DNA of 64,000 nt from an uncultured virus (IMG/VR IMGVR_UViG_2049941000_000100) (Duplodnaviria; Heunggongvirae; Uroviricota; Caudoviricetes): the IMG/VR virus record IMGVR_UViG_2049941000_000100. The stretch is one strand, 5' to 3'. Below the pieces are notes generated by a model. The model saw only the letters and a list, made by a program, of their open reading frames with translations. It searched no databases and had not been told where the DNA came from. The position numbers were made by a program, and so were the translations under genes. Positions 34,800 to 47,026 of this stretch are shown here, in pieces; position 1 is the first letter of the stretch, and each line of letters opens with the position of its first letter.

Positions 34800-36269
34800 A
34801 TCTGAGTCAGCGTCGGTACAGATGGCTAGCCGTCCGTACCGCAACTTATTCTTGTCGTATTTCCCTGGCACAATATTCATCGCACTCAAAAGAAGTTTAA
34901 TTTCTTCGTTCTCAAAAATCTTTTCTTCGGGATTTGACAAGCAATTAATAATCTTACCCCTAATTGCTAAGATACCATACTTCTTGTAATCACGTGCCTG
35001 AGCCATACCGCCCATAGCACTATTACCTTCAACAATAAGAAGAGTTGAGTCTTGTCCAAGAAACTCCGCATCCTTTAACTTATCAGATGCAAAAACCTTT
35101 TTCTTTTGATTCTTTTCGATTTCCTTTGAAGCATTAAGAACTTGCTGGCGCGCCTTCTCCGCCGCAGCTTCCGCGCGAGCTACCTTCTGGAGTAATTCAA
35201 CTACTTGGTCAAAATCAGCGCGCCGCTTTATATAAAAATCTTTAAGGGCGTTTGTTATTGCTGCTGATGTTGCAGTACGCGCCTCTGGATTGGCAAGAGC
35301 TGTCTTTTGTTGGTTTGTAAATTGACCCATTCGTACTTTAACACTTACAAATCCGTCCAATACATTACGAATAGTTTCACCTTCATACTTTTCTTTACTT
35401 AAACTATTAAAAGTTTTAGTAAGAGAAGTTTTAAAACCACTTATAAAAGCGCCGCCGTCTGGCATAAACAAATTATTTGCGTAACCACGAATTTGGCCGT
35501 TTTTACTTACCCATTGAAGTGCAAGTTCAACTTTACAATCATCTGTTTCATATTGATATGAAAATGGTGCGGATAATCTATTTTCTTTAGACAACCCATC
35601 TATAAGACCGCTTTGAGAATAAAACTCTTCTTGCGCGTCGTCAACATTTAAAATAATATGTAGTCCTGTAGAGAACATTGCCATTTCTTTAAGTGTCGCG
35701 CGCAAAGCATCTATATCAATGAATATATCTCCATACACACGTGCATCTGGTTTATATTGAATCAATGTACCAGTTTCATCATTACCGGGATGCTCTTTTA
35801 CATCACAATCAGCATGCGCGCCCTCTTCGTCAGAGTGGAAGGACTGGAAGTATATTTTATTATCACGATATACTTCTACTGATAACCACTCGGCTGTATG
35901 ACAAACAATTTTATTACCCTCGCCGTTAATACCTACCGCGCTAGAATATACACCTTCTGTATGCTTACCACCTGAGTGTGGAATAAGAAAAGCAGCAGTA
36001 AGTGAATTGATACCATCATCACGAATACCAACTGGAATACCGCGCATATTATCTTGCACCCAAATTTCTCTATTTTTAGTATCTAATTTAATAATTAATT
36101 TAGGATTTTTAGGTTTATATACTTCATACTCGTCTTGAACATTTACAATAAGTTCGCGCAATCCGAGATTAATAGCTTCTTGACGGTCTGCAGAGAGATA
36201 CATTCCTATCTTTTCTCGGAACGCGCGCCCTGCGGATAGAGAAACTATATCATTCGCCGTATAATTCAC
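34800..36269 (-). CDS. gyrB: Gyrase subunit B, exon 1
   Basis: YTANDI, RELIVNVQDE, DNMRGIP, HSGGK, VEGNSA, RGKIIN, ICTDADSD. Confidence 0.95.
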
Positions 36270-37005
36270 GAGTGATTTCCTCCAATCTTTCTTCAATATC
36301 TTCTAAATAAGTTATATAATATAGTTTTATATTATTTTTTTGACAATAATCAAATTTTTCTTTATCACGCCTTTGTCTTTCAATAAAAGATTCTTCTGTA
36401 TTCCAACTATCTACTCTCCATTTAAAATGAATATCACCTTGGTATTCTATTAAACCTAATAAATCATTATTTTCATTAAATAAGGCAAAATCAAATTGAT
36501 AAGGTTTTGTTATACAAATAAAATCTTTAAATGAATACTCACTTTCATATTTATAATGATGGCTATTTAACCATTTAGTAATAGTTACATTGCCTACTGA
36601 ATTAATACAACCACAAGATTTAGTATCTCCAAAATTTAAATATTGATGTTGTACTTCACATACATTACCACAGTCGCACTGACATTTCCAAAGGCGTCTT
36701 CTTTTTCCGTTCGCTCCAGTAATGAAACCGGCTTCTTCTAAAACTACTAACTTACCAAATCTTAACCCTGTTAAATCTCCGCCTCTTTGTAGATTAGATT
36801 GAATTGCCCTTTCTTTTTGATAGCAACCGCAAGATTTGGTATTACCAGAGCGTAAATGTTTTCCTAATACTATAACTTCATTACCACAATCACATTTACA
36901 TTTCCACATGGCACGTCCGTCTTTACTATTCGGTGCACGCTCTATTACGGTTAAATACCCATATTTATTACCAATTTCATTTTTTAAACTAGACATATTC
37001 ATCAC
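36250..37005 (-). CDS. Zn-finger repeat plus PD-(D/E)xK (Vsr/DUF559-like) homing-type endonuclease
   Basis: Two WKCxCDCGN..TKSCGC units followed by FDFAL..IEYQGDIHF..RDKEK..NNIKL. Confidence 0.85.
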   Translation of the reverse strand: MMNMSSLKNEIGNKYGYLTVIERAPNSKDGRAMWKCKCDCGNEVIVLGKHLRSGNTKSCGCYQKERAIQSNLQRGGDLTGLRFGKLVVLEEAGFITGANGKRRRLWKCQCDCGNVCEVQHQYLNFGDTKSCGCINSVGNVTITKWLNSHHYKYESEYSFKDFICITKPYQFDFALFNENNDLLGLIEYQGDIHFKWRVDSWNTEESFIERQRRDKEKFDYCQKNNIKLYYITYLEDIEERLEEITRELYGE

Positions 37006-37010
37006 CTCAT

Positions 37011-37045
37011 ATATAAGTAGAACTGGCTTAAATGGGATATATAAA
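37011..37045 (-). promoter_or_regulatory. TWTATA-N17-CTACTTA motif, copy 3
   Basis: TATATA-N17-CTACTTATATAT immediately before the GAGGTG RBS of the endonuclease gene. Confidence 0.6.
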
Positions 37046-37590
37046 TTTAGTCCAGTTTTTTAATATCTCTCTATTTTTATAATTTCTCTTTTTCCATTTT
37101 CATAAACTTTTATAGTTTTTTCGGTAACATAACGAAAGCCATAACTAATTTCACGATAAATAATGTATGGTGATGATTTTACTTTTTTANNNNNNNNNNN
37201 NNNNNNNNNNNNNNNNNNNNNNNNNNNNNNNNNNNNNNNNNNNNNNNNNNNNNNNNNNNNNNNNNNNNNNNNNNNNNNNNNNNNNNNNNNNNNNNNNNNN
37301 NNNNNNNNNNNNNNNNNNNNNNNNNNNNNNNNNATGATTATACAAATCCTATAAAGCGCACAAAGCTATAAATTTCCATTTATCTAATTCATCTATTTTA
37401 GCTATTTCTTCATAGCTATGAAAATCAAATCCCTCTGCGCAACTAGTACATCTATAATTACCAAATTTTGGCTCTATTTTAATTTTAGAATTAAAAAGTA
37501 AATCGGTTGGATTTGACTCTCTTACTAACTAATTTACATCTATATTATTATAATCTAATTGTTTTCTTTTGGGTGGGCTACCAAATATTT

Positions 37591-37797
37591 TCATTTTAAC
37601 TTCTCCAATATCTAATCTAACTTATTAATTATATCTTCATTCTCTTTATGGAGTTTTTCTATTTCTTGCACTAATCCAATTATAATTTTTTTAATAAATT
37701 CTTCGTATTTCTAATCTTTATCTAAATTTTCTATCTATGCGAAGAATCCCATAAGAGTTATTACATCTAAAAAATCAAACTATTGATTTTCGTTCAT
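37591..37797 (-). CDS. Small coiled-coil hypothetical protein (4 TAG codons)
   Basis: GAGG RBS; MNENQQFDFLDVITLMGFFAQIENL...; TGA end. Confidence 0.65.
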
Positions 37798-38269
37798 TTT
37801 CTTTTTTCCTCTCCTTAAGAAATTCTTTTAATTCTTTTTGTTCTTTTTCAAATTCTTTAGAAAGATAAATTGCATACGCACTTTTAATATTACTCCAATC
37901 TTTTTCAGTAATGCCTCCGCGTAGAAACTTCTCAAAAAGATTATAATAACAAATTTTCATATAATCTTTATCCATCCAACCTTTATAAATTTCTTCGATT
38001 GGAAAAATAGTATAATCCTTACAAATACTACAAATCTTATCCCAAACTTTATCCATAGTACGATAGCCTCTTCTGCTCATTTCTGCGCGAACGGCAGCCG
38101 CGTATGTAATAAAATAGGAAAGCGGATATTCAATAACTGGATTTACTAATATATGATTAGGAGTACCTTTAATATTGATATTACCTGCGATACTAGAAAG
38201 TTCTCTCCATTGAGCTACTAATTGCTCGCGTGGTAATGCAGTAATAAGGTCTTTGTGCCACATTCTCAT
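37775..38269 (-). CDS. Pyrimidine-dimer DNA glycosylase / DenV-related protein
   Basis: MRMWHKDLITALPREQLVAQWRE..EMSRRGY. Confidence 0.8.
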   Translation of the reverse strand: MRMWHKDLITALPREQLVAQWRELSSIAGNINIKGTPNHILVNPVIEYPLSYFITYAAAVRAEMSRRGYRTMDKVWDKICSICKDYTIFPIEEIYKGWMDKDYMKICYYNLFEKFLRGGITEKDWSNIKSAYAIYLSKEFEKEQKELKEFLKERKKENERKSIV

Positions 38270-38397
38270 AAAAAATCTACTCCTTCCTATTCTATAATTA
38301 TTNNNNNNNNNNNNNNNNNNNNNNNNNNNNNNNNNNNNNNNNNNNNNNNNNNNNNNNNNNNNNNNNNNNNNNNNNNNNNNNNNNNNNNNNNNNNNNN

Positions 38398-38831
38398 TTA
38401 ATGTTCTTAAGTAGATGATAACCCAGTATGGAGAAAGCGTTCAAAATGAGTTATCTTCTTATACTCTTGATGTAAATATTAACGCTAATACTGATTTACT
38501 TGGAAAGAAAATTGGAGATTTACAAAAAGACGTATTTATTGACGATGGAAAGTTTTATGGAAAACTTTATTATGTAACTAATTATACTGGATTTTCTGGT
38601 GACCCTTCTGAGCAGAATGGATATTATATTTGCTTCCATGTTGCATGTGACGGCGCAGATTATATAAAAGTGAATGGAGTTACACTTGATGAAGATGGTA
38701 TTCATATTATTATTATTCGAAATATAAATAAAGAAAATAAAGCAACCATCGAAATTAAAAAGAGTAGTAATATCTACACTGATGAAATTAGTTTTGGCGG
38801 ACTTAAATTTATTGGAAAGAAAGAAGCATAA
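38398..38831 (+). CDS. Hypothetical, probably virion-associated protein, 5' end in gap
   Basis: Open frame GKLYYVTNYTGFSGDPSEQNGYYI; followed by a terminator. Confidence 0.65.
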
Positions 38832-38842
38832 ATTAATAATTA

Positions 38843-38870
38843 AAAAGAGAGGTTAATACCTCTCTTTTTT
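38843..38870. terminator. Bidirectional intrinsic terminator
   Basis: AAAAGAGAGG-ttaata-CCTCTCTTTT between convergent genes. Confidence 0.85.
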
Positions 38871-39235
38871 ATATCTCATAATTTGGTGGAACGAAGTTAT
38901 CCGCCCTTACCCACTTCCAATTATCTTTATACCACATAAGGAACATAAGTTGGTTATAATATTCATCGTATCTTACGTCTAAAACTTGGTAGATACCGTG
39001 GTCGCCATATTTATATTTAACTTTAAACATTAAAATCTCCTAATACTTGATTTTTATCTACTCCACAAATATAATCTAAACTATCTTCATTATAAATTAT
39101 AAAACCACGGCATACTGCACGCGTTCNNNNNNNNNNGCGTTCCTCTATCATACCACCCAATCAAGCTAATGGTTATTCCATTTTCTTGTGTTTTCATTAA
39201 AGGTTCTTTAAACCACGTAAATTTATTTTCCATTC

Positions 39236-40293
39236 TTATTCCCAACTTTCAATATTTTTTCTTTTTTTTTGATAGACCCAGTATAAATTATTTCTTGCGC
39301 GCGTTGCAGCTACATATGCGAGTCTAATTTCTTCATCTTTCCACATATTTGCGCCAATAACGATTACATTATTCGCTTCAAGTCCTTTCGCAGTATGGAT
39401 AGTAAGGATTTTAACTGCGTCAGAATTAACTAATTCCTCTAACTCATTAAAACTTTTTCCACCGCGTTTAAAAGTTATATTCGGAATTTTATAACTATCA
39501 AGAATATATTTAACCGATTCAATCTAATCATTAGTTCGAGTTAATATAAACCAATTTTTCATCGGTTCTTTAGAATTACGTAATATATCTACTATTGTTC
39601 TTAGATTATACTCTACCCAAGTAACTTGTCCAGGTATTCTAACTCGCATCGGAACGCTATCATCATACATATGAGATTTAGTACGAGTTATAATTCCTTT
39701 CGCAAAATTTAAAATATTATATCCATTACGATAATTCTCATTAAGATTATATACTTGGACGCCCGGCGCGCCAGCTATGTTTTCTAATAAGTCTGGACGA
39801 GCGCCGTTCCATTCNNNNNNNNNNTACATTGGCGAGTATCTCCGACATAGAGAAATCCTTTTGGATTAAGTAAATTAAAAAATTCCCATTCCTTATCTGA
39901 GCAATCCTATGCCTCATCTACAATAAGATAATCTACTGGTTTTACGCAATCCGGATATTTCTTAACCATAGCAAATAACATATCAAACTTTTCATCATTT
40001 ACATAGCGCGCAGCCTATTCATGGTGCCCGCTCGCGCAAAGTAAGTTATATGCGTATGCGTGAATAGTTCCAATAAATAATCCTTTAAAACTTCCAATTC
40101 TCTAACTCATTTCATTTGCGGCCGCTACAGTAAAAGTTATAATAACTAATCGCTCCGGCGCGATTCCACGCCCAAGCATAACTTTTGCTCTTTCGCTTAC
40201 GACTGCGGTTTTTCCACTAGCCGCCGCAGAAATTACTACTATTTTATCTTCAAGAGACTATACTATTTCTTCTTGTTTTCTACTTAGTTCCAT
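39236..40293 (-). CDS. Compact UvrD/PcrA-like SF1 helicase (TAG=Gln, internal gap)
   Basis: AAASGKT, ITFT..AA.EM, GTIHAY, VDEA[TAG]D, VGDTRQ, ENYR, TIHTAKGLE, YVAATRAR. Confidence 0.9.
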
Positions 40294-40547
40294 ACGTATA
40301 CCTTTTTAAAAACTTACAANNNNNNNNNNNNNNNNNNNNNNNNNNNNNNNNNNNNNNNNNNNNNNNNNNNNNNNNNNNNNNNNNNNNNNNNNNNNNNNNN
40401 NNNNNNNNNNNNNNNNNNNNNNNNNNNNNNNNNNNNNNNNNNNNNNNNNNNNNNNNNNNNNNNNNNNNNNNNNNNNNNNNNNNNNNNNNNNNTCTGCCCA
40501 AAACCATTGCGGTGGTTGGGGTCTTTGTTTTCTTATTTTATATTTTA

Positions 40548-41179
40548 TTACCCGCCCTATTTCTAATTAAGTAAAGTAGTAGCTCCATACTACTCTATCC
40601 AATATTTTTCTCGTTCTCCTAATTTCTCTTTTGGAACTTCTTCTAAAATCTAAAAAGTAAAATTCCAAATTCCATCGCGCGCCATCTTAGTGTGGAGAGA
40701 GCTATGAGCAATAGTTCCGACGCCATAAGCCGACTTACAATGTTCCTACCATCTATTATTTATATCGGTAGACTTCCCAATATAAATTTCTCCAGTAGGA
40801 ATATAAGTTATAATATAAATCCCACTAGGTTTTTTATTATTTAAAACTCTCTTTTCCATTTCTAATAATGGCCGTCTAATATAGCAGTCAAACGCGGCTT
40901 TATGAAGAACCTCTTTATTATTAAATTTATGCTCTATTTCTTTTATTATTTTTAAATCTTCTATTTCATTATCTGTAAGCTATATACGATAAAAATCGGT
41001 ATTTTCCTAAGCCTCTTTTTCTCGTAATACCTACTAGTTAACTACTTCACGCCGCTTACGAAAATCTTCAAGTATTTCTAATATATCTTTATATTCCTAT
41101 TCTGCTATTTCCTATTTATTTTTATATTCCTATATAAAATTCTCGGCGGCCGCCCTCTAATCAGATATATATTTCTCTA
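40548..41179 (-). CDS. Coiled-coil plus GIY-YIG domain protein, 5' end in gap (TAG=Gln)
   Basis: SGIYIITYIPTGEIYIGKSTDINNRW[TAG]EH..EREKYWI. Confidence 0.8.
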
Positions 41180-41208
41180 NNNNNNNNNNTAGCTTTCTTT
41201 TACTAAAA

Positions 41209-41706
41209 TTATTTAGTTAAATCTATCTCTTCTAAAACTACTGTCCAAGTTGAAATCTCGTTCCAAATCTCAGTAATATAACTATTTCCCTTTAAAACTC
41301 CATAGTCATGATATAACTTAATAAAACATTTCTTATCATACTATAAAATTTTCTTGTAAGGAAGATACTTATAATAAATATCCGTCATTTCTTTCCGAAG
41401 AACATCTTTCTAGGCTTCAATAATATTATCTAATTTATCTAAAATTTGCTAGTCCGACTCTTCAAAGTGCTTAACAAGTGGTGGTACAAATTCCTCAACA
41501 AAGGCGTCAGTAAATTCTTTATACTATTTATGAGCAGCCTCATAATTCTCCTTTTCTTTTTCTTTCTTGCGCTTTTTAGCCCATTCTGTATGCTCGGTAG
41601 CTTTTCTAAAAGTTTCAGCGCCTATATAAATAAGAATTACAAGTCCGCCAATGAAACTGGCGATTTGTGAAAGAGGCCACTTAGAAATAATTTCAAAAAT
41701 TCCCAT
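41209..41706 (-). CDS. Single-TM membrane protein, possibly holin- or lysis-related (TAG=Gln)
   Basis: N-terminal hydrophobic helix, coiled coil, LRKEMTDIYYKY..LYHDYGVLKGNSY; 165 aa. Confidence 0.65.
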
Positions 41707-41718
41707 ACTATCACCTCA

Positions 41719-41752
41719 TACATAAGTAGGGTTAAAGTATAGAAATTATAAA
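41719..41752 (-). promoter_or_regulatory. TTTATA-N17-CTACTTA motif, copy 4
   Basis: Exact 17-nt spacer; precedes a GAGGTG RBS. Confidence 0.65.
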
Positions 41753-41909
41753 TTTTTCGGTACTTTTATTCTATCATTATGCCAGCGAGAGGTAACAAGG
41801 TATTTCTTCTATATTAAATTATTATAATTTTTAATACTATTATTGTCTAAANNNNNNNNNNNNNNNNNNNNNNNNNNNNNNNNNNNNNNNNNNNNNNNNN
41901 NNNNNNNNN

Positions 41910-42120
41910 CTATCTCGTTCCTTCTAAGCTTTAAGTTCCTATTCGCCTCTTATTGGTTTGAAATGAAACTATCCATCAATTTCTAGAATCGTATTTGTAG
42001 AGGGAATATAGAAATCATATCTATATTTTCCTCCTCTTAAATCGCTAAAAGTTTTTTCTCGCTAAAATTTGATGGCGGCCGCCTTCAAGATTTTAACTAT
42101 TTTTTCTTCATAACTACTCA
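41910..42120 (-). CDS. Vsr/DUF559-like endonuclease fragment
   Basis: EEKIVKILK..REKTFSDL..YRYDFYI..LEIDG[TAG]FHF. Confidence 0.7.
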
Positions 42121-42130
42121 NNNNNNNNNN

Positions 42131-43216
42131 TAATCGTGGAAGATTTTTTCATAAGTACAATCTTCCATATTTAAATCAGGACGCAACTGAACCATTTTTG
42201 CGTGACGTAATGCTTTATTTCCATCCGTAAACTGCATAGCTCCAACTTCCAAACACTTACCAGTATAATCTCGATAGTTCCCTTTAATTTCTTCGCTTAA
42301 TCCACTTAGCCATCCAAGCGGATAAACTTTTCCGTCTTTTAATACAGCGATTTCTAGACTGCCTGCGATACCCATAAAATACGATTTAGTAACCGGTTGA
42401 ATAGGTTTACCTACCATATAATCTCTATAATACGTACCCTCAAGCTTTTCTCCTGTTACTGGATTCTCCCAATATTGCCAACTTGGAAGTGAAATACCAC
42501 TATAAATACGTGTAGGTGCCTGCGCGCGCCCTGTAAAGAAACAATCGAGCGTTTCACTAAGTTCTTTTTTAATTTTAAGCGTTTGTCGTGCTGGACGTTT
42601 ACCTGGCTGATAACAAGTTCCTTTTTTAGTTATAACTACACCTTCGCCGCCCTCTGCGAGAATAAGCTGAAGTTGATTCCAAAGTTCTTCTCCCTCAGAA
42701 TAATCTGCCCATTCTTGGAAACCATCACCATGCCTGCGTTGACAATCTAAAAGACTTTTAATTCTATCTTCAATTATTAAATCAAGATAAGATACTCCAT
42801 TATAGGCTAGTATATCAAAAATATAATAATGAAGTTTCGGGCCTGATTCTTGGCGCGCGATAGCTTTTTCTTTAAGACACCCCATAATAGAAGTTACTTT
42901 ATTACTACCTTCNNNNNNNNNNATTTCCCGGAAAATAAATTTCTCCTATAAGACAAGTTCCATTTGGAAGAGATTTAAAGAATGGATGAAGTTGTGGAAC
43001 CCAATCAAATTTATTAAGATAATCTCCGCCTACTCCTTTCGACCGCCCTAAAAGTTCCATATTCCCATTTTCATCTTTCCAAAACTTATAGAACGCGCCG
43101 TCTATTTTACGAGCTCCTACATAATTTCCACTAAAAATCATATTCTTAGCTTCTATTTTTGGGTCTACTTTAGCATTTGCGCCAAATGTCCAATAGCGTT
43201 GGGGTTCTAATTCGTG
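42131..43216 (-). CDS. ATP-dependent DNA ligase, gapped
   Basis: RKIDG adenylation motif, GEIY, YIFDIL, GGEGVVI, LKIK, LRHAK..RPD. Confidence 0.9.
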
Positions 43217-43650
43217 ANNNNNNNNNNNNNNNNNNNNNNNNNNNNNNNNNNNNNNNNNNNNNNNNNNNNNNNNNNNNNNNNNNNNNNNNNNNNNNNNNNN
43301 NNNNNNNNNNNNNNNNNNNNNNNNNNNNNNNNNNNNNNNNNNNNNNNNNNNNNNNNNNNNNNNNNNNNNNNNNNNNNNNNNNNNNNNNNNNNNNNNNNNN
43401 NNNNNNNNNNNNNNNNNNNNNNNNNNNNNNNNNNNNNNNNNNNNNNNNNNNNNNNNNNNNNNNNNNNNNNNNNNNNNNNNNNNNNNNNNNNNNNNNNNNN
43501 NNNNNNNNNNNNNNNNNNNNNNNNNNNNNNNNNNNNNNNNNNNNNNNNNNNNNNNNNNNNNNNNNNNNNNNNNNNNNNNNNNNNNNNNNNNNNNNNNNNN
43601 NNNNNNNNNNNNNNNNNNNNNNNNNNNNNNNNNNNNNNNNNNNNNNNNNC

Positions 43651-43968
43651 AGAGGGGATACTTTAAAGGTTAATATAACTTTAACTACTAAAGATAAAAA
43701 TCCATATACTCCAGTGGCAGCAGATAGAATAAGGTTTGCGTTAAAGAGTGCTAAAATGAATGTAAATAAAACTGAATTTACAGATAAAGAACCTTTAATT
43801 ACAAAAGATATACCTTATAATACTATGTAGTTAAAGTTAGACCCCGAAGATACAAAAAATTTACCTTTTGGAAATTATAAATATGATTTGCAGATTACTT
43901 TTGCAAATAATGAAGTAGATACCTTTATTGATAATGCTGATTTTATAATAACTCCAGAGGTATGGTAA
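43651..43968 (+). CDS. BppU-like baseplate protein, 5' end in gap
   Basis: RGDTL..LDPEDTKNLPFGNYKYDLQI..VDTFI..FIITPEV; one TAG. Confidence 0.7.
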
Positions 43969-44165
43969 AATGGGTAATTTAATTGGGAAATTATCTTCGC
44001 CTGGTAGTCTAATTGGTAAATTGTCTCCTGTGGGCAATTTAATAGGTATTTTATCTATTGATGATAAAGCATTAAAAGGGATTCTTACAATTCCTAAAGA
44101 TATAATGCCACCATCCTATAATGGTGAAAATTTAATTATTTAGAGTTAATAAGGAGTAAAAAGAT

Positions 44166-44498
44166 ATGATATATAGAGGCACAACTCCAAGACATTATTT
44201 TGAGTTTCCGTTTGAATCAAATGAAGTAGCCGCGCTCTATATTTCTTATATGCAAAAAGGTCAAATAAGGGTCGAAAAAGAGCTTTCAGATGTTACTTTT
44301 GACCCTATTAATGGTCTTATTTAGGTAGACTTAACCCAAGAAGATACTCTTGCTTTTGAAAAATATAGTTGGTTAGATAAATAGCGGGATTCTCTTATAC
44401 TTATTCAAATTCGTACTAAATTAACGAATGGAGAATGTTGGGTAACCGATATGATGAAAGATAGGTTGGGCGATGTGCTTAAAGACGGGGTGATATAA
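44166..44498 (+). CDS. BppU-like small structural protein
   Basis: MIYRGTTP..VDLTQEDTLAF..IQIR; AGGAG RBS; TAA overlaps the next ATG. Confidence 0.65.
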
Positions 44499-44648
44499 TG
44501 GGAAAGATTTATACCACTGAAGATAAAGTTTTTAAACCAACGTATAGAAAAGACGATGAAGGTATTTTTAAAACTACTTTTAAAGAAGTTAGTAATCGTC
44601 AAGAAGTAGAGCCAGGAATAATTATAATTTTTGATGGCGGTGATGTAT

Positions 44649-44972
44649 ATGGTTACGAAAAAGATCTTAAGGACTGTATTTAAGCTTCGCCGCGCGACTG
44701 AGCAAGAATGGGAAGAAGTTAACCCAATTTTAGATTTGGGCGAACCAGGATATGCATATGATATTTAGAGATTAAAAATAGGGAATGGTGTAGACCATTG
44801 GCATGATTTAAGGTATATTGATATATCTACATCTGAGCTTTTGGAGCTAGTTAGTTAGTTAAGTGTTGAAGATTTAGCTGATGGCGCGGACTATGCTAAA
44901 AAAGAATACGTTGATTAGAATTTTGAAGATTTGATAATAGATTGCGGTACTAGTACCACTGTAATTTATTAA
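44649..44972 (+). CDS. Protein with Mtd-N/phage hyaluronidase-like N-terminal attachment domain
   Basis: KLRRATEQEWEEVNPILDLGEPGY..LKIGNGV..WHDLRY. Confidence 0.75.
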
Positions 44973-44984
44973 GGTGGTGATTTT

Positions 44985-45399
44985 ATGGGAGTTAAAGAGG
45001 CTAGAATAAAATTAAAAAGAGATACTACCGCGAATTGGAATAATGCACGAGGCTTCATTCCATTGGAAGGAGAACTTATAGTTTATAATGATTATACTAC
45101 TATAAGAANNNNNNNNNNNNNNNNNNNNNNNNNNNNNNNNNNNNNNNNNNNNNNNNNNNNNNNNNNNNNNNNNNNNNNNNNNNNNNNNNNNNNNNNNNNN
45201 CATAAAAATTGGCGATGGACGTGCGTATGTACAAGATTTGCCGTTTGTAAATGATGATTTAAGGGATTAGATTTTAAATCATATTAATAATCCCGAAATT
45301 CACGTTACTATGGCAGAAAAATTATTTTGGAATAATAAATTAAATGTGAATGACAACTCTGAAGTTGTTAATGAAGCATTAATTTTTAATAGAAATTAA
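44985..45399 (+). CDS. Second Mtd-N-like protein, gapped
   Basis: IKLKRDTTANW..FIPLEGELIVY..IKIGDG..DLPF..HINNPEIHVT. Confidence 0.7.
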
Positions 45400-45413
45400 A
45401 GGAGATAAGAAAT

Positions 45414-46778
45414 ATGCCATATGTCGATGTAAATGTTCCTGTTATAGATAGAATAACTTTACCTTCAGGTAATACTTATTATATCGCAGATAGGGAAATT
45501 AGAGACGTTGTAGATACTCTAAGTCAGGCTATTGCGGGTGGTGTATCTTTTGTAATAGCCTGGGATGGAACAAGTACTCCAGTAGTTGCAAATATTCCTG
45601 CCGGAGTAGTTGTTACATATTAGGATACTGATTATACTGGTACTTTAAGTACTAGTAGCGCGCAAGCTGGTGCGTTTTATCTTGTGAAGTCTGCAACTTA
45701 GGCAGGCGGCGCGCTGGATAAATATGATGAATATGTGCCGGTTGGCGCGGAAGGTAGTAAAGTTTGGGAAAAAATTGGAGATACTTAGATAGATTTAACA
45801 AATATAGTAACTGGTGTGAGTCTTACTAAGTAGACCGATACTGTAATTGGTACTGATGCGACTTTTACTATTACTTAGCCTACCGTTGCGCTTTCTACTG
45901 GTGCTACCGCTGGGACAGGTGTTATAAGTGTTGCTACGGGTATTACCAGTGTTACTGACCCAAGTACTACGTTATCTGCTGAAGCTTCTTCCGCTACGGG
46001 GCGCGCGCAATTTGTACAGAGTGTAAGTACAACTAAAATTTCTGCGAGTGCAAGTGGCGGTGCGGTCAGTGCAAGTGGAGATAATGTAACTGCGTTGACA
46101 GGATTAGGCACTCCTAGTACTGAAAATGCGGTTAAGTCTGTTACTCCTACTACAAAGAAATTAGCGGTTACTACAGTAACTGGTGTAAGTGGAAGTACAA
46201 CGCCGAATGTAGTTAAAACTAGAACTTCGCAGACTACTGCGGATGGTAGTGGAACAGCTAGTACGACTAATACAGATTGGCTTAAAGGTGTAAGTGTTAG
46301 TAATGGAGTTTTAACGATTGGTGCTGCGACATTAGATACACAAACAACGTATTCTGCTGACGCCCCAAGTAGTATTACAATTCCTACTGCTGCTTCAAGT
46401 GCGACAACGGTAGCTACAGGTAGTACAACTACTACCGGTAGTGGTGCAGATATTGTGACAGATGTAAGCGTTGGAGATACATTTAGTGCGGTCACTGGTT
46501 ATGCAAGTCCAACAACTGATACAGTCCTTGGTACTGCTTCTAGTTTTAATGTAACTAATCCTACCGTTACTATTGCGAGCGGGTCTACTGGTGATGTTAC
46601 AGTGGCCACTGGTGGTACTACTAAATATATGGCGGCCGCTACTTCTGGTACTGGAGTTACACCTACCACAACAAATATTAAGGCTACAGCCTCTGGTGCA
46701 AACACTCAGTGGAATAATAAGGATAGCGTTACGGTTCTTAAAGATACTACTGATGTTAGTGTTACTAAGGGAACTTAA
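45414..46778 (+). CDS. Thr/Ser-rich tail fibre-like protein (TAG=Gln)
   Basis: Track ORFs 45414 and 46095 are in frame through TAG codons; YDEYV..WEKIGDT motif. Confidence 0.8.
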
Positions 46779-46798
46779 TTAAATTTTAGAAGTTTTCG

Positions 46799-46842
46799 TA
46801 TACAGCGCGGGTCGCATAATTTTATACGATTCGCGCTGTATA
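46799..46842 (+). other. Long intergenic hairpin (terminator or processing site)
   Basis: TATACAGCGCG..CGCGCTGTATA stem extended by GTCG/CGAT; no clear U-tract. Confidence 0.6.
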
Positions 46843-47026
46843 AGCGATTAAAGGAGTAAAAAGGTATGCCAAACGAAACGATTTCTTAGGTTCAATTACC
46901 TAATGGTAATATTTATGATATAGTAGGCAAAGCTGCGGCCATTGATTCCACTTATAATAGTACCACTAAAACCGTTACTTTAACTGTTGGTACTTTAGAG
47001 GATGCTGATAATACGGCATATTAATT

